Positions 37,920 through 49,279 of a DNA stretch of 64,000 nucleotides are shown here, in pieces. The stretch's first letter is position 1, and each line of letters begins with the position of its first letter. The stretch spans positions 868,001 through 932,000 of the forward strand of contig AP026123.1 in the NCBI GenBank assembly GCA_030295235.1, in the 5' to 3' direction. The position numbers and the translations under genes were made by a program. The DNA is from Fistulifera solaris. Taxonomy: Eukaryota. The notes below the pieces were generated by a model that was not told the origin of the DNA, ran no database searches, and saw nothing but the letters and a program-made list of their open reading frames with translations.

Positions 37920-38920
37920 ACTACTACGGAGTAACTAGTATGGAGTAATAAAATACTCCGTACTCCGTAGCAAATAACAAATAGCTCAAAGCGCATACTG
38001 TAGCTCCAACCCCCGATTATAAGTGATAATAAGTGCCCTACGCCCTACTCGGCATCACCTATGTAAATACTCCGTACCGAGTAACAATAGAGTATCGAGT
38101 GACGACAGACGACAGTGATGCTCACTCTTTCGAATTAAAAATAAATAAAGTTACAGTAGACTAGTCCAAAGGGGCGAAAGGACAAATGACAAATGGGAGT
38201 GACTGGAAAGGACGTTAAAAGTTAGACGTTGGACGTTAGACATGAGTTAGAGTTAGAAGTTAGAATGTTACTTCTCGCTTCTCGCACTCACAACTCACAA
38301 CTCACAACTCACAACTGGTTACTGCTTCAGTATTCAGTACTCCGTATTAGTACCAATAACCAGTGACCAGTCACCAGTCACCATAGAGTCTATTCTCTAT
38401 TCTCTATTCTCTCTAGACTCTAGAGAGAGAAACAGAGAGTCGGGAGTCGGGAGCTTGGACTTTGGATTTTGGACGCTGAACGCTGAACGCTGGAAGCTCG
38501 AAAGTAAAAAGCAGAGAGCAGAGAGACAGACAAGAGACAAGATACAGGATACAGGAGACGGAAGAGAGCCTTTGGCCTTTGATCTGGACTTTATACTTGA
38601 GACTTAGTATAGACTATAGGGCCGTTGAGGTTGTGAACTGGAAAGTGGAACACGTGATACCTGACGTGATACGTCGTACGTCGTACGTGAATAGGGAATA
38701 GGGAATACTATCTACTATCCTTTGCCGTAATAATTTACACAAATAATAATGTCAAAAAGTCGCACGACTGCACTGGCGTATTTCTTACTCCGTATTATTT
38801 CTATTTTCTATCGTAGGTTCTCTAGAGTCTAGAGTCTAGAGGTCAGTGACCATAAATACGTATTTTGTATTTGTCCGAACCCGAACAATGCACGATCCCT
38901 ATCTATTCTCTAACTCTCCA
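37920..38920. repeat. Tract of heterogeneous 7-bp tandem duplications
   Basis: Examples are (ACTCACA)4, (TCTATTC)3, (TCTAGAG)3, (GAGTCGG)2, (GCTGAAC)2, (TACAGGA)2, (ATAGGGA)2, (CTTCTCG)2, (GACAAAT)2 and (TACTCCG)2. Confidence 0.9.
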
Positions 38921-39907
38921 CCGAAGAGGACTCTTTACTTTTAGAGAGCAAGGAAATTGCTTGTTGCTTTAGTAAAAGAGAGAGCCAGGAGTAGATCAAG
39001 AGAAGGTAAGATCGCAGCCGTGCACGAATTATCATCTTCCAGACCATCGGCATTCTAAAGGGTCCTGCTTCCTGCATAGCATCCAGAGACCCGACACCCG
39101 ACAGCAACTAAAAGTACCTGGCTCTGGTCTTTATTGATTATACCAGCAGAGCGCTTGATAATTCGAATGAAAGGTCTTTTTCTCCTTTGATTTAACTTGA
39201 AACCTCTCATTTGTCGTTTCTGTCGACACGAAAAGTTATTTCCGGGCATGGCTGACCCTGGTGTTGACGACAAAATTTGGGGAGGAGGGAGGAGTCGACG
39301 ATTCTTTCCATGCGTGACAGTTTTGATATTTGAATACCTCCCATTGTCAGTTGAACATACCAAAGCCTTTACGAGTTTAAAAGCCATTAAACTTAAACGT
39401 CCAACGTTCGGTTGAATAGACTAACTACAACCCCTAAATATTGAATAAAGGTGCAGTTTGATTTCGCCTTGCCGTGTCATTACTTTGTATTTATCGTGTG
39501 CAGCATGCTAACAAATCCTTTAAAAAGCATGTTATTGTCTATTGTTCATGGTTTCGTTGTTATTAAGACTGTCATGAAAGTCATAAAGATGTGTGTCTTT
39601 ACCAAGTAATGGCATCATCAGAAAAACGAATTAGGGGTTAGGCTACTGGTACGGTAAAGGAATAGCAGCCATCCAACCGTCCAACAGTCGCAAAAAAAAA
39701 ACGAAAACCGAGACGAGAGCGTTGATAAGAGCGATGAAATGCTGGTAGTCACCTTACTTGGCAGCGATGCCTATGTTTCGTGCGTTATTTTCTGCTTTAC
39801 GTTGTTGGAGTTCGCCCAGCCACATAGCATCAAATTCTGACGGAAACGCGGATCTCTGCTGGTTAGGTGTTCACTAAGAATTTCTGGCTCGTCGGATAGA
39901 AGCCTAA

Positions 39908-40980
39908 ATGCGTCGAACAACTTCTTTGAGGTGGCTTTTCTTCGGAATCTTGTGCTTCTGCTGCTATTCTTTTCGTTGCACCAGAAAGGCTGCGTTTCAA
40001 ATCGATGCAGCCGCTCGCATTCGGCTCGTCAAGCATCCGAAATTTCCGATGATGACAATTCATCGAAAATACGCCTCAACAAAGTGTTCAAAGCTACTCA
40101 TTCGAGAAGAGAGGCCGATTCTCTTATTGCGAGTGGCCGTGTCACTGTCAACAATATTCCGGTTATCTCAAAAGGAGGAATATTGGTTCAACCCTATGAA
40201 GATGTCGTTCATTTAGATGGAAAACTGATTGAGGGATGGGAAGTTTTGAATAGTATCGCTCGCGTCGACGAGAAAGACACGAGCTTTCAAACAGTCAAGG
40301 ACGAAACTAAGAGAACGCCGCCTGAATCTGTTTTTCAGTATATCAAATATTGGAAGCCCATTGGCGCAGTTTGTACGACGGATCAGAAGGTTCCTGGTAA
40401 TATCATCGATCAATTAAAAAAAGACGGATTCGAGCCAGACAATCGTATTTACCCGGTAGGCAGACTTGACAAAGACACTACAGGACTGTTAGTCCTTACC
40501 AACGATGGCCGAGTTCCAAATTCGTTTCTTCGAAGCAAGCATCGCAAGTCGAAAATTTATGAGGCGGTAGTGAATCGCCCAATCGGAGACGACGATATTG
40601 AACAACTGAAGGTTAGTGAATTGTCTTACCCGTTGCCCTATCCTCTTAATGCTTCTAACGTGGTTGGGACATGGAAGGCTGGTGTTGAAATATATACAGA
40701 GACAAAGCGAAACGGGATTGTCCGGTCTTTGACAGCCAAGACGTTACCTAGCCTGGTAGATCGTCTGTCACGCCGCGCAATTAGGATAACAATTGTGGAG
40801 GGTCGCAATCGCCAAGTTCGTAAGATGCTAGCTGCCTTGGGTTACGAAGTAATAAAGCTGCACAGAGTATCCTTTGGTGGCATTGGTCTCTATCCACTCG
40901 AAGCCCCAGGTGACTGGATTGCTTTGAACGATGATGAGATTCGCTTGATACAAAACTCCCTACATTCTGATCGTGAATGA
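39908..40980 (+). CDS. RsuA/RluE/RluF-family pseudouridine synthase with S4 domain
   Basis: S4 domain RLNKVF...SRREADSLIASGRVTVN, then YWKP.G, YPVGRLDKDTTGLLVLTNDG, EGRNRQVRKM and LHRVSFGGI. Probable in-frame intron at 40612-40677. N-terminus uncertain. Confidence 0.9.
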
Positions 40981-41140
40981 GAGGACTAGCTATTCCAAAT
41001 GTTTGGTATTGTTTTTGAGGCCATTTTTCGAAAGTCAACAGTATTTTTCTACTAACACTAAAGTGAATTGCAAAGGGAGTAGAGTGCTAAATGTGTCTCA
41101 GGGAAATTTTAGCTTAGAAATCTATGCAACCTGAATTGAA

Positions 41141-42120
41141 TTAGCTGTGCAACGCAATATTCTCAAATCGGAGATAAGGATTCGAATAATCTTTTTGATA
41201 GAATGAGTCAAGCTCCGCTTCTAGCTCTTTCGATATGTATTGTTTTAGCTTATGCCGCGCTCCAGTAGCATGAGCACGCCCTCCTCCCCCCTCTTGACTT
41301 TGAAATACGGAATTTTTACCGGTCGGGCCCCAACCCCATGCACCGTAAGTCTCCCAGGCCCCTATTTGTCTCAATAATCGTTCTCCGTCCTCGCTCAAGT
41401 GATCCATGTATCCTACGAAATTGATAAATGGCCAGTATTTTTCTTCCATTCGGGACGTTTGTGGCATCCAATGCGGATTTTCACAGGTTTTGATGAGTTC
41501 GAGAAAATGTTTGACGGACTTTCGGGCCTCCGCGGCACATGTCATTTTGAAGGGACAGCAATTTCTGTCAACGAATGATCTATGAAAAGCTTTGTCTAGA
41601 TATGCGGAAAGAAATCTTTCTTTGGGATCCCGAACAAAATGGCGCGAGTCCATTCTGGACTTGTCATCATCATGGACGCCGTCTCTCGGTCATAGTCGTA
41701 CAAATATTTGAGTCCATTCAATTCAGAGTTCCAAGGTAATAGATCTGGTGTTTTCTCTGCTTTCCAATCGGGAATTCCCATCATCCGCCGAAAAAGCTGT
41801 TTCCATACTGTGCAGCCAACTTTCGCCGAAGTAAAAAATACCAGTTTGAAATCTTCGATCACGACTGGAGCTCCGTCCCATGATCCTTTCTTGTAAATGT
41901 AATCGCCGTAGTCCACCAGTAGATGATCCCAAGCATCACTCGTCTGCGAAACCAATTCCTTTCTCGCGACGATATTTCTGGTACTTCCACACGGCGTCTG
42001 AAAATAATGATGGTTACCCAATCGAGATAGACACGACAGAAACAGTAAACCCCATACGCCCAAAGAAAACCATGCCGGGTATTTGAAATTACCACAACGC
42101 ATTGAACGAATCATCTTCAT
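41141..42120 (-). CDS. Golgi-type sulfotransferase (Sulfotransfer_2 / HNK-1-CHST family)
   Basis: N-terminal TM, 5'-PSB-like FFTSAKVGCTVWK, 3'-PB FVRDPKERFLSAY, HWMPQ and FVG. Frameshift at ~41640. Confidence 0.88.
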
Positions 42121-42444
42121 AGTTTAACAGTTTTAATTATCAAGTGATGAAGAGATCGGCTGCACCACAACCTACGTTGCCCTCAAACAACAACAACGAC
42201 ACGCGACGCGATGATCCGTTGGGTTCATTTGTTTGCACGAAAATCTGTGTCGGTACTCTACTCTTCAGTGCACACAACATGATGTAACATGATGTCTCAA
42301 ACCGCGAAAGGTGCGCCAAGCAGGCCCGCCGCCCGCCGCGCACCTTCACTCAGTAATCTGCGTCTTACCGGCATCTTGTGTACACTTTAACTATGTCCAG
42401 GACTTCGCTCTTTGTTTCACATTCCCAGAAATTCAGGAAGATTG

Positions 42445-42731
42445 TTGTTTTCACGTGTCCCGAAAGTTTGGGCATGTGGTGTTATCAAGTGTCCCGACAA
42501 TAAATCTGGGCGTGGGGTGTTTTGACGTGTCCCGAAAATCTGGGTGTGTGGTGTTTTGACTTCTCCCGAAAATCTGGGCGTGTGCTGTTTTCACGTGTCC
42601 CGAAAATCTGGGGGAGTGGTGTTTTCACGTGTCCCGAAAATCTGGGCATGTGCTGTTTTCACGTGTCCCGAAAATCTGGGGGTGTTTTGTTTTCGCGTGT
42701 CATTTACTCATGCGTGTCCCGAAAATCTGGG
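42445..42731. repeat. 34-35-bp minisatellite, reverse complement of the 32.3-kb array
   Basis: Repeated TTTTCACGTGTCCCGAAAATCTGGG, about 8 copies. Confidence 0.93.
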
Positions 42732-42864
42732 ATTGAGCAAAAAAAAATGAAACATGTTGAGAAGCAATGCGTTGCAAGGGCAAAGATGAAGTGCATAGCA
42801 GTACGATGATATTCTGAAAAGTTTCAGCCTACGTAACTCACTGTTATTGATACGGAACATACAC

Positions 42865-44487
42865 ATGCTTGCTGGAATTCATTTTGTATCACCGGACTTG
42901 CTTCTTGTCGTTCGAAATATTGCGTTCGCTCTATTACTCGTGTTCGCCGCACAATGGTTGATGAAGCGCAAACAATACATTCAGGCGTGCAATCAACTTC
43001 CGGGTCCACCTTTAAAGGGATTCAGTCCCTGGTTAGCACATGTCGAAGCCTATGCACGAACGGTTGGGACTGTACCGGGATATCCGGGCATTCCGCGGTC
43101 CGTACAAGTGATCGACGATTTTACCAAGAATTGGGGTGAACAGGGACTCTTCCGGTTGTGGTTCTTTCATCCGTACCGCTTACCCTTTGCTCGAGCCGCT
43201 GTCATCATTGTCGATCCGTATCTCGTCCGTCAGTTCTTGACTCAGAAAGAACTTACTGATCGCATTGTGAAAGAAAAGAGAACGTACAAGATTGCTGCTC
43301 CGATTTTGGGCGGTTCTTTTCTCGCGCTTCCGGATGGAGCAAAATGGAAACATCAGCGAAAGATGGTAGCACGAGGATTCAATCAAGACTTTTTGGAGTT
43401 TACGAATACGGTCCTGCTGGAGTTGCTCTACGAGCAAGCATTTCCGGAGATTGATCGTACACTGGAAAAATCCGGCTCGACTGCTTTGAATGTGCTAGAA
43501 TGGAATACTCGAGTGACCTCGGAGACTTTGGGAAAAGTAGCTTTTTCGTATTCATTCGGATCTTTTTCGCCAAAGGAATTGACAACGACGGCGAATGCTC
43601 CTTCACTCTATGAAACGTATCATTTTATTCTCTACGTGCTCTCGAAACGAACTCGGTCTCCTCCGTTCGCTTCCATGCTACGGTTCAAGGAAAATCGCGA
43701 GTTTGACGAAAAGATCCTGTTTCTTGATTCGGTAGTCGACAAAGTGATGAGAGAAAGGATTGAGGAGCATCGACACGCAGCAACAACTTCCAACGGAAAC
43801 AAACGACACCGCGATCTGTTGTCCTACATGATTGGTGATGAAGATGGTTTGTCTTATCACGAACTGAGAGCCAATATGAAAATGTTCATGTTTGCCGGTC
43901 AAGACACTACTTCGAGCGCACTCTCTTTTGCCTTCGGTCAGTTGGCTTATGATTTGGATGGCCAAGAAAAGTTGCGCCGTGAAATTGATGCCCTCTTTGA
44001 CTCACTTCCCGACGATCGTCAGCCGGAGTATAAAGACGTAATGTCACTGAAATACTTGGACGCCGTAGCTCGAGAAACGCTAAGACTGTACTCAGCGGGA
44101 GTTGTGGGGCGCACCACGGTGGAGGACTGCGTATTGAAAAGCGAAGAAGGAAAAACTTTTGTGATTCCAGCCAACGTGTCCGTCTATATTTTTCCTTTCG
44201 TTAATTCCAAATGGACCAATGGTGTATCGGAGCAGTTGCATGAATGGATTCCCGAGCGCTTTATGGGAGATTCGAAAATTCAGGAGGACTGGATGCCGTT
44301 TTCTGTCGGACCCAGAAACTGCGTAGGGCAGCCACTGGCCATGGCTGAATTTAAGATAATATTGTGTCACATGCTGCGAAGGTACACATTGAAACGAAGT
44401 TCTGAAATGGAAGAAGATCCTATTCCCATTATTTTGATGGTCCTGAAACCGCATAAAATGACGATTGAGATAAGCAGACGAAACTGA
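42865..44487 (+). CDS. Cytochrome P450 (CYP4-clan-like)
   Basis: N-terminal TM + PGPP, WKHQRK, I-helix FAGQDTT, ETLR, PERF and heme motif FSVGPRNCVG. Confidence 0.95.
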   Translation: MLAGIHFVSPDLLLVVRNIAFALLLVFAAQWLMKRKQYIQACNQLPGPPLKGFSPWLAHVEAYARTVGTVPGYPGIPRSVQVIDDFTKNWGEQGLFRLWFFHPYRLPFARAAVIIVDPYLVRQFLTQKELTDRIVKEKRTYKIAAPILGGSFLALPDGAKWKHQRKMVARGFNQDFLEFTNTVLLELLYEQAFPEIDRTLEKSGSTALNVLEWNTRVTSETLGKVAFSYSFGSFSPKELTTTANAPSLYETYHFILYVLSKRTRSPPFASMLRFKENREFDEKILFLDSVVDKVMRERIEEHRHAATTSNGNKRHRDLLSYMIGDEDGLSYHELRANMKMFMFAGQDTTSSALSFAFGQLAYDLDGQEKLRREIDALFDSLPDDRQPEYKDVMSLKYLDAVARETLRLYSAGVVGRTTVEDCVLKSEEGKTFVIPANVSVYIFPFVNSKWTNGVSEQLHEWIPERFMGDSKIQEDWMPFSVGPRNCVGQPLAMAEFKIILCHMLRRYTLKRSSEMEEDPIPIILMVLKPHKMTIEISRRN

Positions 44488-44531
44488 ATTAGTCTTTTGG
44501 TCAAAATGAAACTGGGGATTCGATGTTGTAG

Positions 44532-44738
44532 ATCATTACCTATAGGTCTGTCTATAAACGGAACTATAGTTCTAGCTATAGGTAAGATAGAAGAACTATA
44601 GGTCGAGCTATAGGTAAGATAGAAGAACTATAGGTCGAGCTATAGATAGAACTATAGTTCTATCTATAGTTCCATCTATAGGTCGAGCTATAGATAGAGC
44701 TATAGTTCCATCTATAGGTCATTACCTATAGTTCTATC
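44532..44738. repeat. CTATAG-based palindromic low-complexity repeat
   Basis: More than 10 CTATAG hexamers. The 32-bp unit AGCTATAGGTAAGATAGAAGAACTATAGGTCG is duplicated at ~44575-44638. Confidence 0.85.
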
Positions 44739-44868
44739 TGCTCTACAACTCTTTATCAAAGTTATTTGCATGCTGTCACAATCGCTTCGGTGTTTTACCC
44801 TCTTCTCTCTATTAGAGCGTAGGAGAAAGTGAGACACTAATGGTGCATGTTAGAGATGGTTAAAATGA

Positions 44869-45988
44869 TACCCGCAATTATAATTTTATTCGCAGTTTTG
44901 AATGACAATGAACAATGAACGGATGCGAGAGACGCAAAACGGAACCCTTATTATTATTTGTTGTTCGGTTCATGACTACCGTACAATCCAGTCTTGGCTG
45001 GTGTAAACCAACACTCCGTTTGATAGTGGAAATTCAAGGTGTCGATCCTCGGATTTTTTCGACGTGAAAGATAAAAGAAACTCTTAACAAAAATTTCAGA
45101 ATCATCATTGTTGCGACTTTTGATTACCCGTAATTATAATTTTATTCGCAGTTTTGAATGACAATGAACAATGAACGGATGCGAGAGACGCAAAACGGAA
45201 CCCTTTGTTGTTCGGTTCATGACTACCGTACAATCCAGTCTTGGCTGGTGTAAATTAACACTCCGTTTCATAGTGGAAATTCAAGGCGTCGATCCTCGGA
45301 TTATTTCGACGTGAAAATAAAAGAAACTCTTAACAAATAGTTCAGAATCATCATTGTTGCGACTTTTGATTACCCGTAATTATAATTTTATTCGCAGTTT
45401 TGAATGACAATGAACAATGAACGGATGCGAGAGACGCAAAACGGAACCCTTATTTGTTGTTCGGTTCATGACTACCGTACAATCCAGTCTTGGCTGGTGT
45501 AAACCAACACTCCGTTTCATAGTGGAAATTCAAGGCGTCGATCCTCGGATTTTTTTTTAACAAGAGTTCCAGAATCATCATTGTTGCGACTTTGATTACC
45601 CGTAATTATAATTATGTTCGCAGTTGAATGACAATGAACAATGAACGGATGCGAGAGACGCAAAACGGAACCCTTATTTATTGTTCGGTTCATGACTACC
45701 GTACAATCCAGTCTTGGCTGGTGTAAATTAACACTCCGTTTCATAGTGGAAATTCAAGGTGTCGATCCTCGGATTATTTCGACGTGAAAATAAAAGAAAC
45801 TCTTAACAAATAGTTCAGAATCATCATTGTTGCAACTTGCAACCTTTTTCCACACGTTATTATAATTATGTTCGCAGTTGAATGACAATGGACGGATGCG
45901 AGAGACGCAAATGGAACCCTTTGTTGTTCGGTTCATGACTACTGTACAATTCAGTCTTGGCTGGCGTAAACCAACACCCCGCGTCATA
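44869..45988 (+). repeat. ~245-bp tandem satellite, ~4.6 copies
   Basis: Unit starts at ~44869, 45125, 45371, 45597 and 45851, with high identity between units. Confidence 0.97.
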
Positions 45989-46300
45989 GACCAGAGAGTG
46001 TAATTTTTGGAAACTTGTCCTTTTATAGTATACTTTCTCTACTTGTTAATAATGACGGAGGATCATCAGTTGAGTTGCATCTGGTACGCTCAGACGGGAA
46101 ACGAAGAATACGGTTAGTAGATAGATAGACCAGCACCGTCTAACCAAAGCGGATGAGAGCTAAGGGGCAACCCGCTACGTGGGCTGCGCAACAGCATAGA
46201 AACAGAACGGACCAAGGAAGTGCTCAATCGAGAGCGGACATATCCGCACACAACAAATACATTTTTCTAATAAAAATGGATGTTGTAAAAGTAGACTACA

Positions 46301-47088
46301 TCCGGCTTTCCTCTGTCGATACTTTCCCTACGGGGGCCTACGTGATATTCACGTAGACATTCGCAACATTGCATCTGTTTGTCTAAGTCATGTTTAGTGC
46401 TGCAATAATTATTGATCCTTAGAAACCTCTTTTGTGAATACATGTTGAGGAATGGTACGATGAAATTCGTCGCTGTGGACCCTTATTTAACTGAGATCAG
46501 ATTCAAACTGCCGTGGTCAAATTATACCATTTCCGGGTTCCCCCTCTGTCGATAAATTTCCTTACGGGGGCCTACGTGAAACCTACGTAGACATTTGACG
46601 CGCTAAATCTTTCATCGTCCTTCATTCGTCATGAGTTCGAATTGTCGTCGAGTGTCGCTAATGGACACTAATGGTTCATGCTAGAGATGGTTAAAAATGA
46701 TTTTGGTGCAAAATGGGCCCGAAAATGGTCGTGGTCAAATTATACCATTTCCGGGTTCCCCCTCTGTCGATAAATTTCCTTACGGGGGCCTACGTGAAAC
46801 CTACGTAGACATTTGACGCGCTAAATCTTTCATCGTCCTTCATTCATCATGAGTTCGAATTGTCGTTGATTGTCGCTAATGGACACTAATGGTGCATGCT
46901 AGAGATGGTTAAAAATGATTGTGGTGCAAAATGGGCCCGAAAATGGTCGTGGTCAAATTTTACCATTTCCGGGTTCCCCCTCTGTCAATAAATTTCCTTA
47001 CGGGGGCCTCCGTGAAACCTACGTAGACATTTGACGCGTTAAGTCTTTCATCATCCTTCATTCGTCACGAGTTCGAATTGTCGTCGAT
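46301..47088 (+). repeat. 218-bp tandem satellite, ~3.5 copies; same family as the 3.4-4.0 kb array
   Basis: Core TCCGGGTTCCCCCTCTGTCGATAAATTTCCTTACGGGGGCCTACGTGAAACCTACGTAGAC at 46532, 46750 and 46968, with a diverged copy at 46301. Confidence 0.95.
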
Positions 47089-47690
47089 TCACGTTCATTA
47101 TTCCTAATTTCCTAGAGTCAGAATGCAATTGACACGAAAAATATCTAAGTTGTATAAGCTGGGCAAGGGTTTATGCGACTCAAGGCAAACGGACCCAAAC
47201 AAGAAACAAGTAAAACCTTACGAAGTCGAAACTCGACTATTTCCTGGTACAAAGTACCGGTACCGCGGTACCTGGTGGTATGGTACTGTACATGGTACTG
47301 TACCGGTACCGAACCTTTTTCAGTCCCGTCAATTAGCGACCAACAAGCCGGATGTTCGCAGTGTTGGCGGAATGCGATGGTGAATGGTGACTGCTTCTAA
47401 GGTCATGAACTTTTCAAAAGAAGAATGATTAGATTCTAGTCCATGCTCATAAATAATAATGCTTTTCATTTTACGCGCTAATCTAAGGTGTTGAAGACAT
47501 GCAGCTTACAACGATCGAAAATAACTCGCTACAACAAGATAATGTCGCACCACCTTTACCGAGCCGAAACTTTCCGGTCATTTTCGCCTTGTACACACGA
47601 CAATGACCCATTTGCACGCATTGATGTTGGAGTCAAGAAAGGTGCATTGTTCATTATTATTGGTCGGCCGTTTCACACAAACGAGTTTCA

Positions 47691-49153
47691 ATGACACAAA
47701 GATCAATGGAAACCTTTGCCCGCAATCTGTGGAGCCACTGGAAGAGTCGCGATGACTTTCTCAAGGCGCAAAAACACGTCGCCGGAATTCTCGCATTGGC
47801 ATTTGTGGGGAACAACTGGCCGGCCTCGTATCCCCGTGATGAAAACGAGAATGCTGCCATGTTTTGGGTTATGAATGTGGTGATCTTAGTAGCCGCGCTG
47901 GTTACGTTGCAACATGATGCCAATGCATCGGCGAGAGGCATTCAACCTCTTTCCAGAGATCAAACCGAAGAATGGAAGGGATGGATGCAATGGGCGTTTA
48001 TTATGGTGAGTGCTGGTCTTTTTAGAAATCTGCAGCGTATACTATCCACTTCTTCTAACTTCTATAACTTTGCCGCAGTATCACTACTTCAGAGCTCGCT
48101 TCGTTTACAACGAAATCCGCATTTTCGTTTCCTCTTACGTCTTCATGACGGGTTGGGGAAACTGGCAGTACTTTGAAAAGAAAAGAGATTTCTCACTCGA
48201 ACGTGCTATCAGTATGTGGCTACGAATCAATTACTTTCCGCTCTTACTTTGTTTGGTCGTCGGCACGAAACTCGACGACTTTTACATTGTGCCGCTTCAT
48301 ACCACGGGCTTTTTTCGTCACCATGGCCACAGCGTACGTCGCTCACGTTTTGGAACGATTCATAAAGCCTGCCGTACAACGTAATTTGGCCGCCATCGGC
48401 ATCAGCTTATTGGTGCACATTCTGTTTTATGAAACGAAGGCTGTCAACTTTTTAAAATTCTTTTCCGACGAAATCTTCTTCCGCTTTCAGGCGGACAAGT
48501 ATTCCACGTGGTTTGGAATTCTCGCTGGTTTTGGCTGGTCGTACGTCAAGAAAGCCATCCAATTCTACAATACAACCCCGCCGGTCACACTTCATCAGAA
48601 TATTGTTTCGGCAACACAAGGTGCAGCTGGTCTAGCCTTGATTTTGTTCTGGTACTTTATGTTTGGATCCATTCAGGACAAATTCACATACAACCCGATG
48701 CATCCGTATGTTTTCTGGATCCCGGTCTTTGGCTATCTCCTGATGCGCAACGCTTCGAAATATCTGACAGAGGTTCATTCGCATGCGTTGGAATTCTTTG
48801 GGCGCATCACACTGGAGACGTACGTGCTACAGTTTCACTTGTTCATGTGCCGCGACGTCAAACACATTCCCATTGTGATTCCGGGCAGTGGTCCTACCGG
48901 ACACATCCTTGTGAAAATTCTCAACATGCTCCTCACGGGCGCTATCTTTGTCGCGGCTGCTTACTACGCACGCCAAAATACGGTTGTAACGCAAGATTCA
49001 GTGACGGATCTCATGAATTTGGTGCGGCAATACTATAGGACCGGGACATGGCCATCGGCAGAAGAAAATGAGGAAGGCGATGTCGACGTACCGCTTGTAA
49101 GGAAACAAGAGTCGTCGTCGAGTACAAACGAAGGAAAAAACGACGATGTCTGA
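47691..49153 (+). CDS. Cas1p/CASD1/RWA-type 10-TM O-acetyltransferase domain protein
   Basis: Motifs LSRDQTEEWKGWMQ, YHYF...VYNEIRIFVSSYVFMTG.G, YIVPLHT, HPYVFWIP, RN and GRITLETYVLQFH. Intron at 48006-48078, frameshift at ~48312. Confidence 0.9.
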
Positions 49154-49279
49154 ACGAAATCAATTTAATGCAGATCAATAGCTAGAAGCGTGAACACCTC
49201 CGACTGATCTTTAATAATGTTTTGTACTGTTTGTGCTACAAAATCATGCGTTCAAATAACTGGTAATCGAGTTTCACAT

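Noticed and set aside
39630..39642. TTAGGGGTTAGG (and TAACCTTAACCCTA at 53521) as interstitial telomere
   Set aside because: Only about two imperfect units, compatible with chance.
28883..40980. Sua5 plus two pseudouridine synthases as an RNA-modification cluster
   Set aside because: They are interspersed with unrelated genes and there is no evidence of functional linkage.
47095..47116. CTAG after the 218-bp array as a Helitron 3' end
   Set aside because: No clear GC-rich hairpin just upstream, and it is not followed by the expected T.
47691..49153. 'Cas1p' protein as CRISPR Cas1
   Set aside because: Name coincidence only. The motifs are those of the membrane O-acetyltransferase family.
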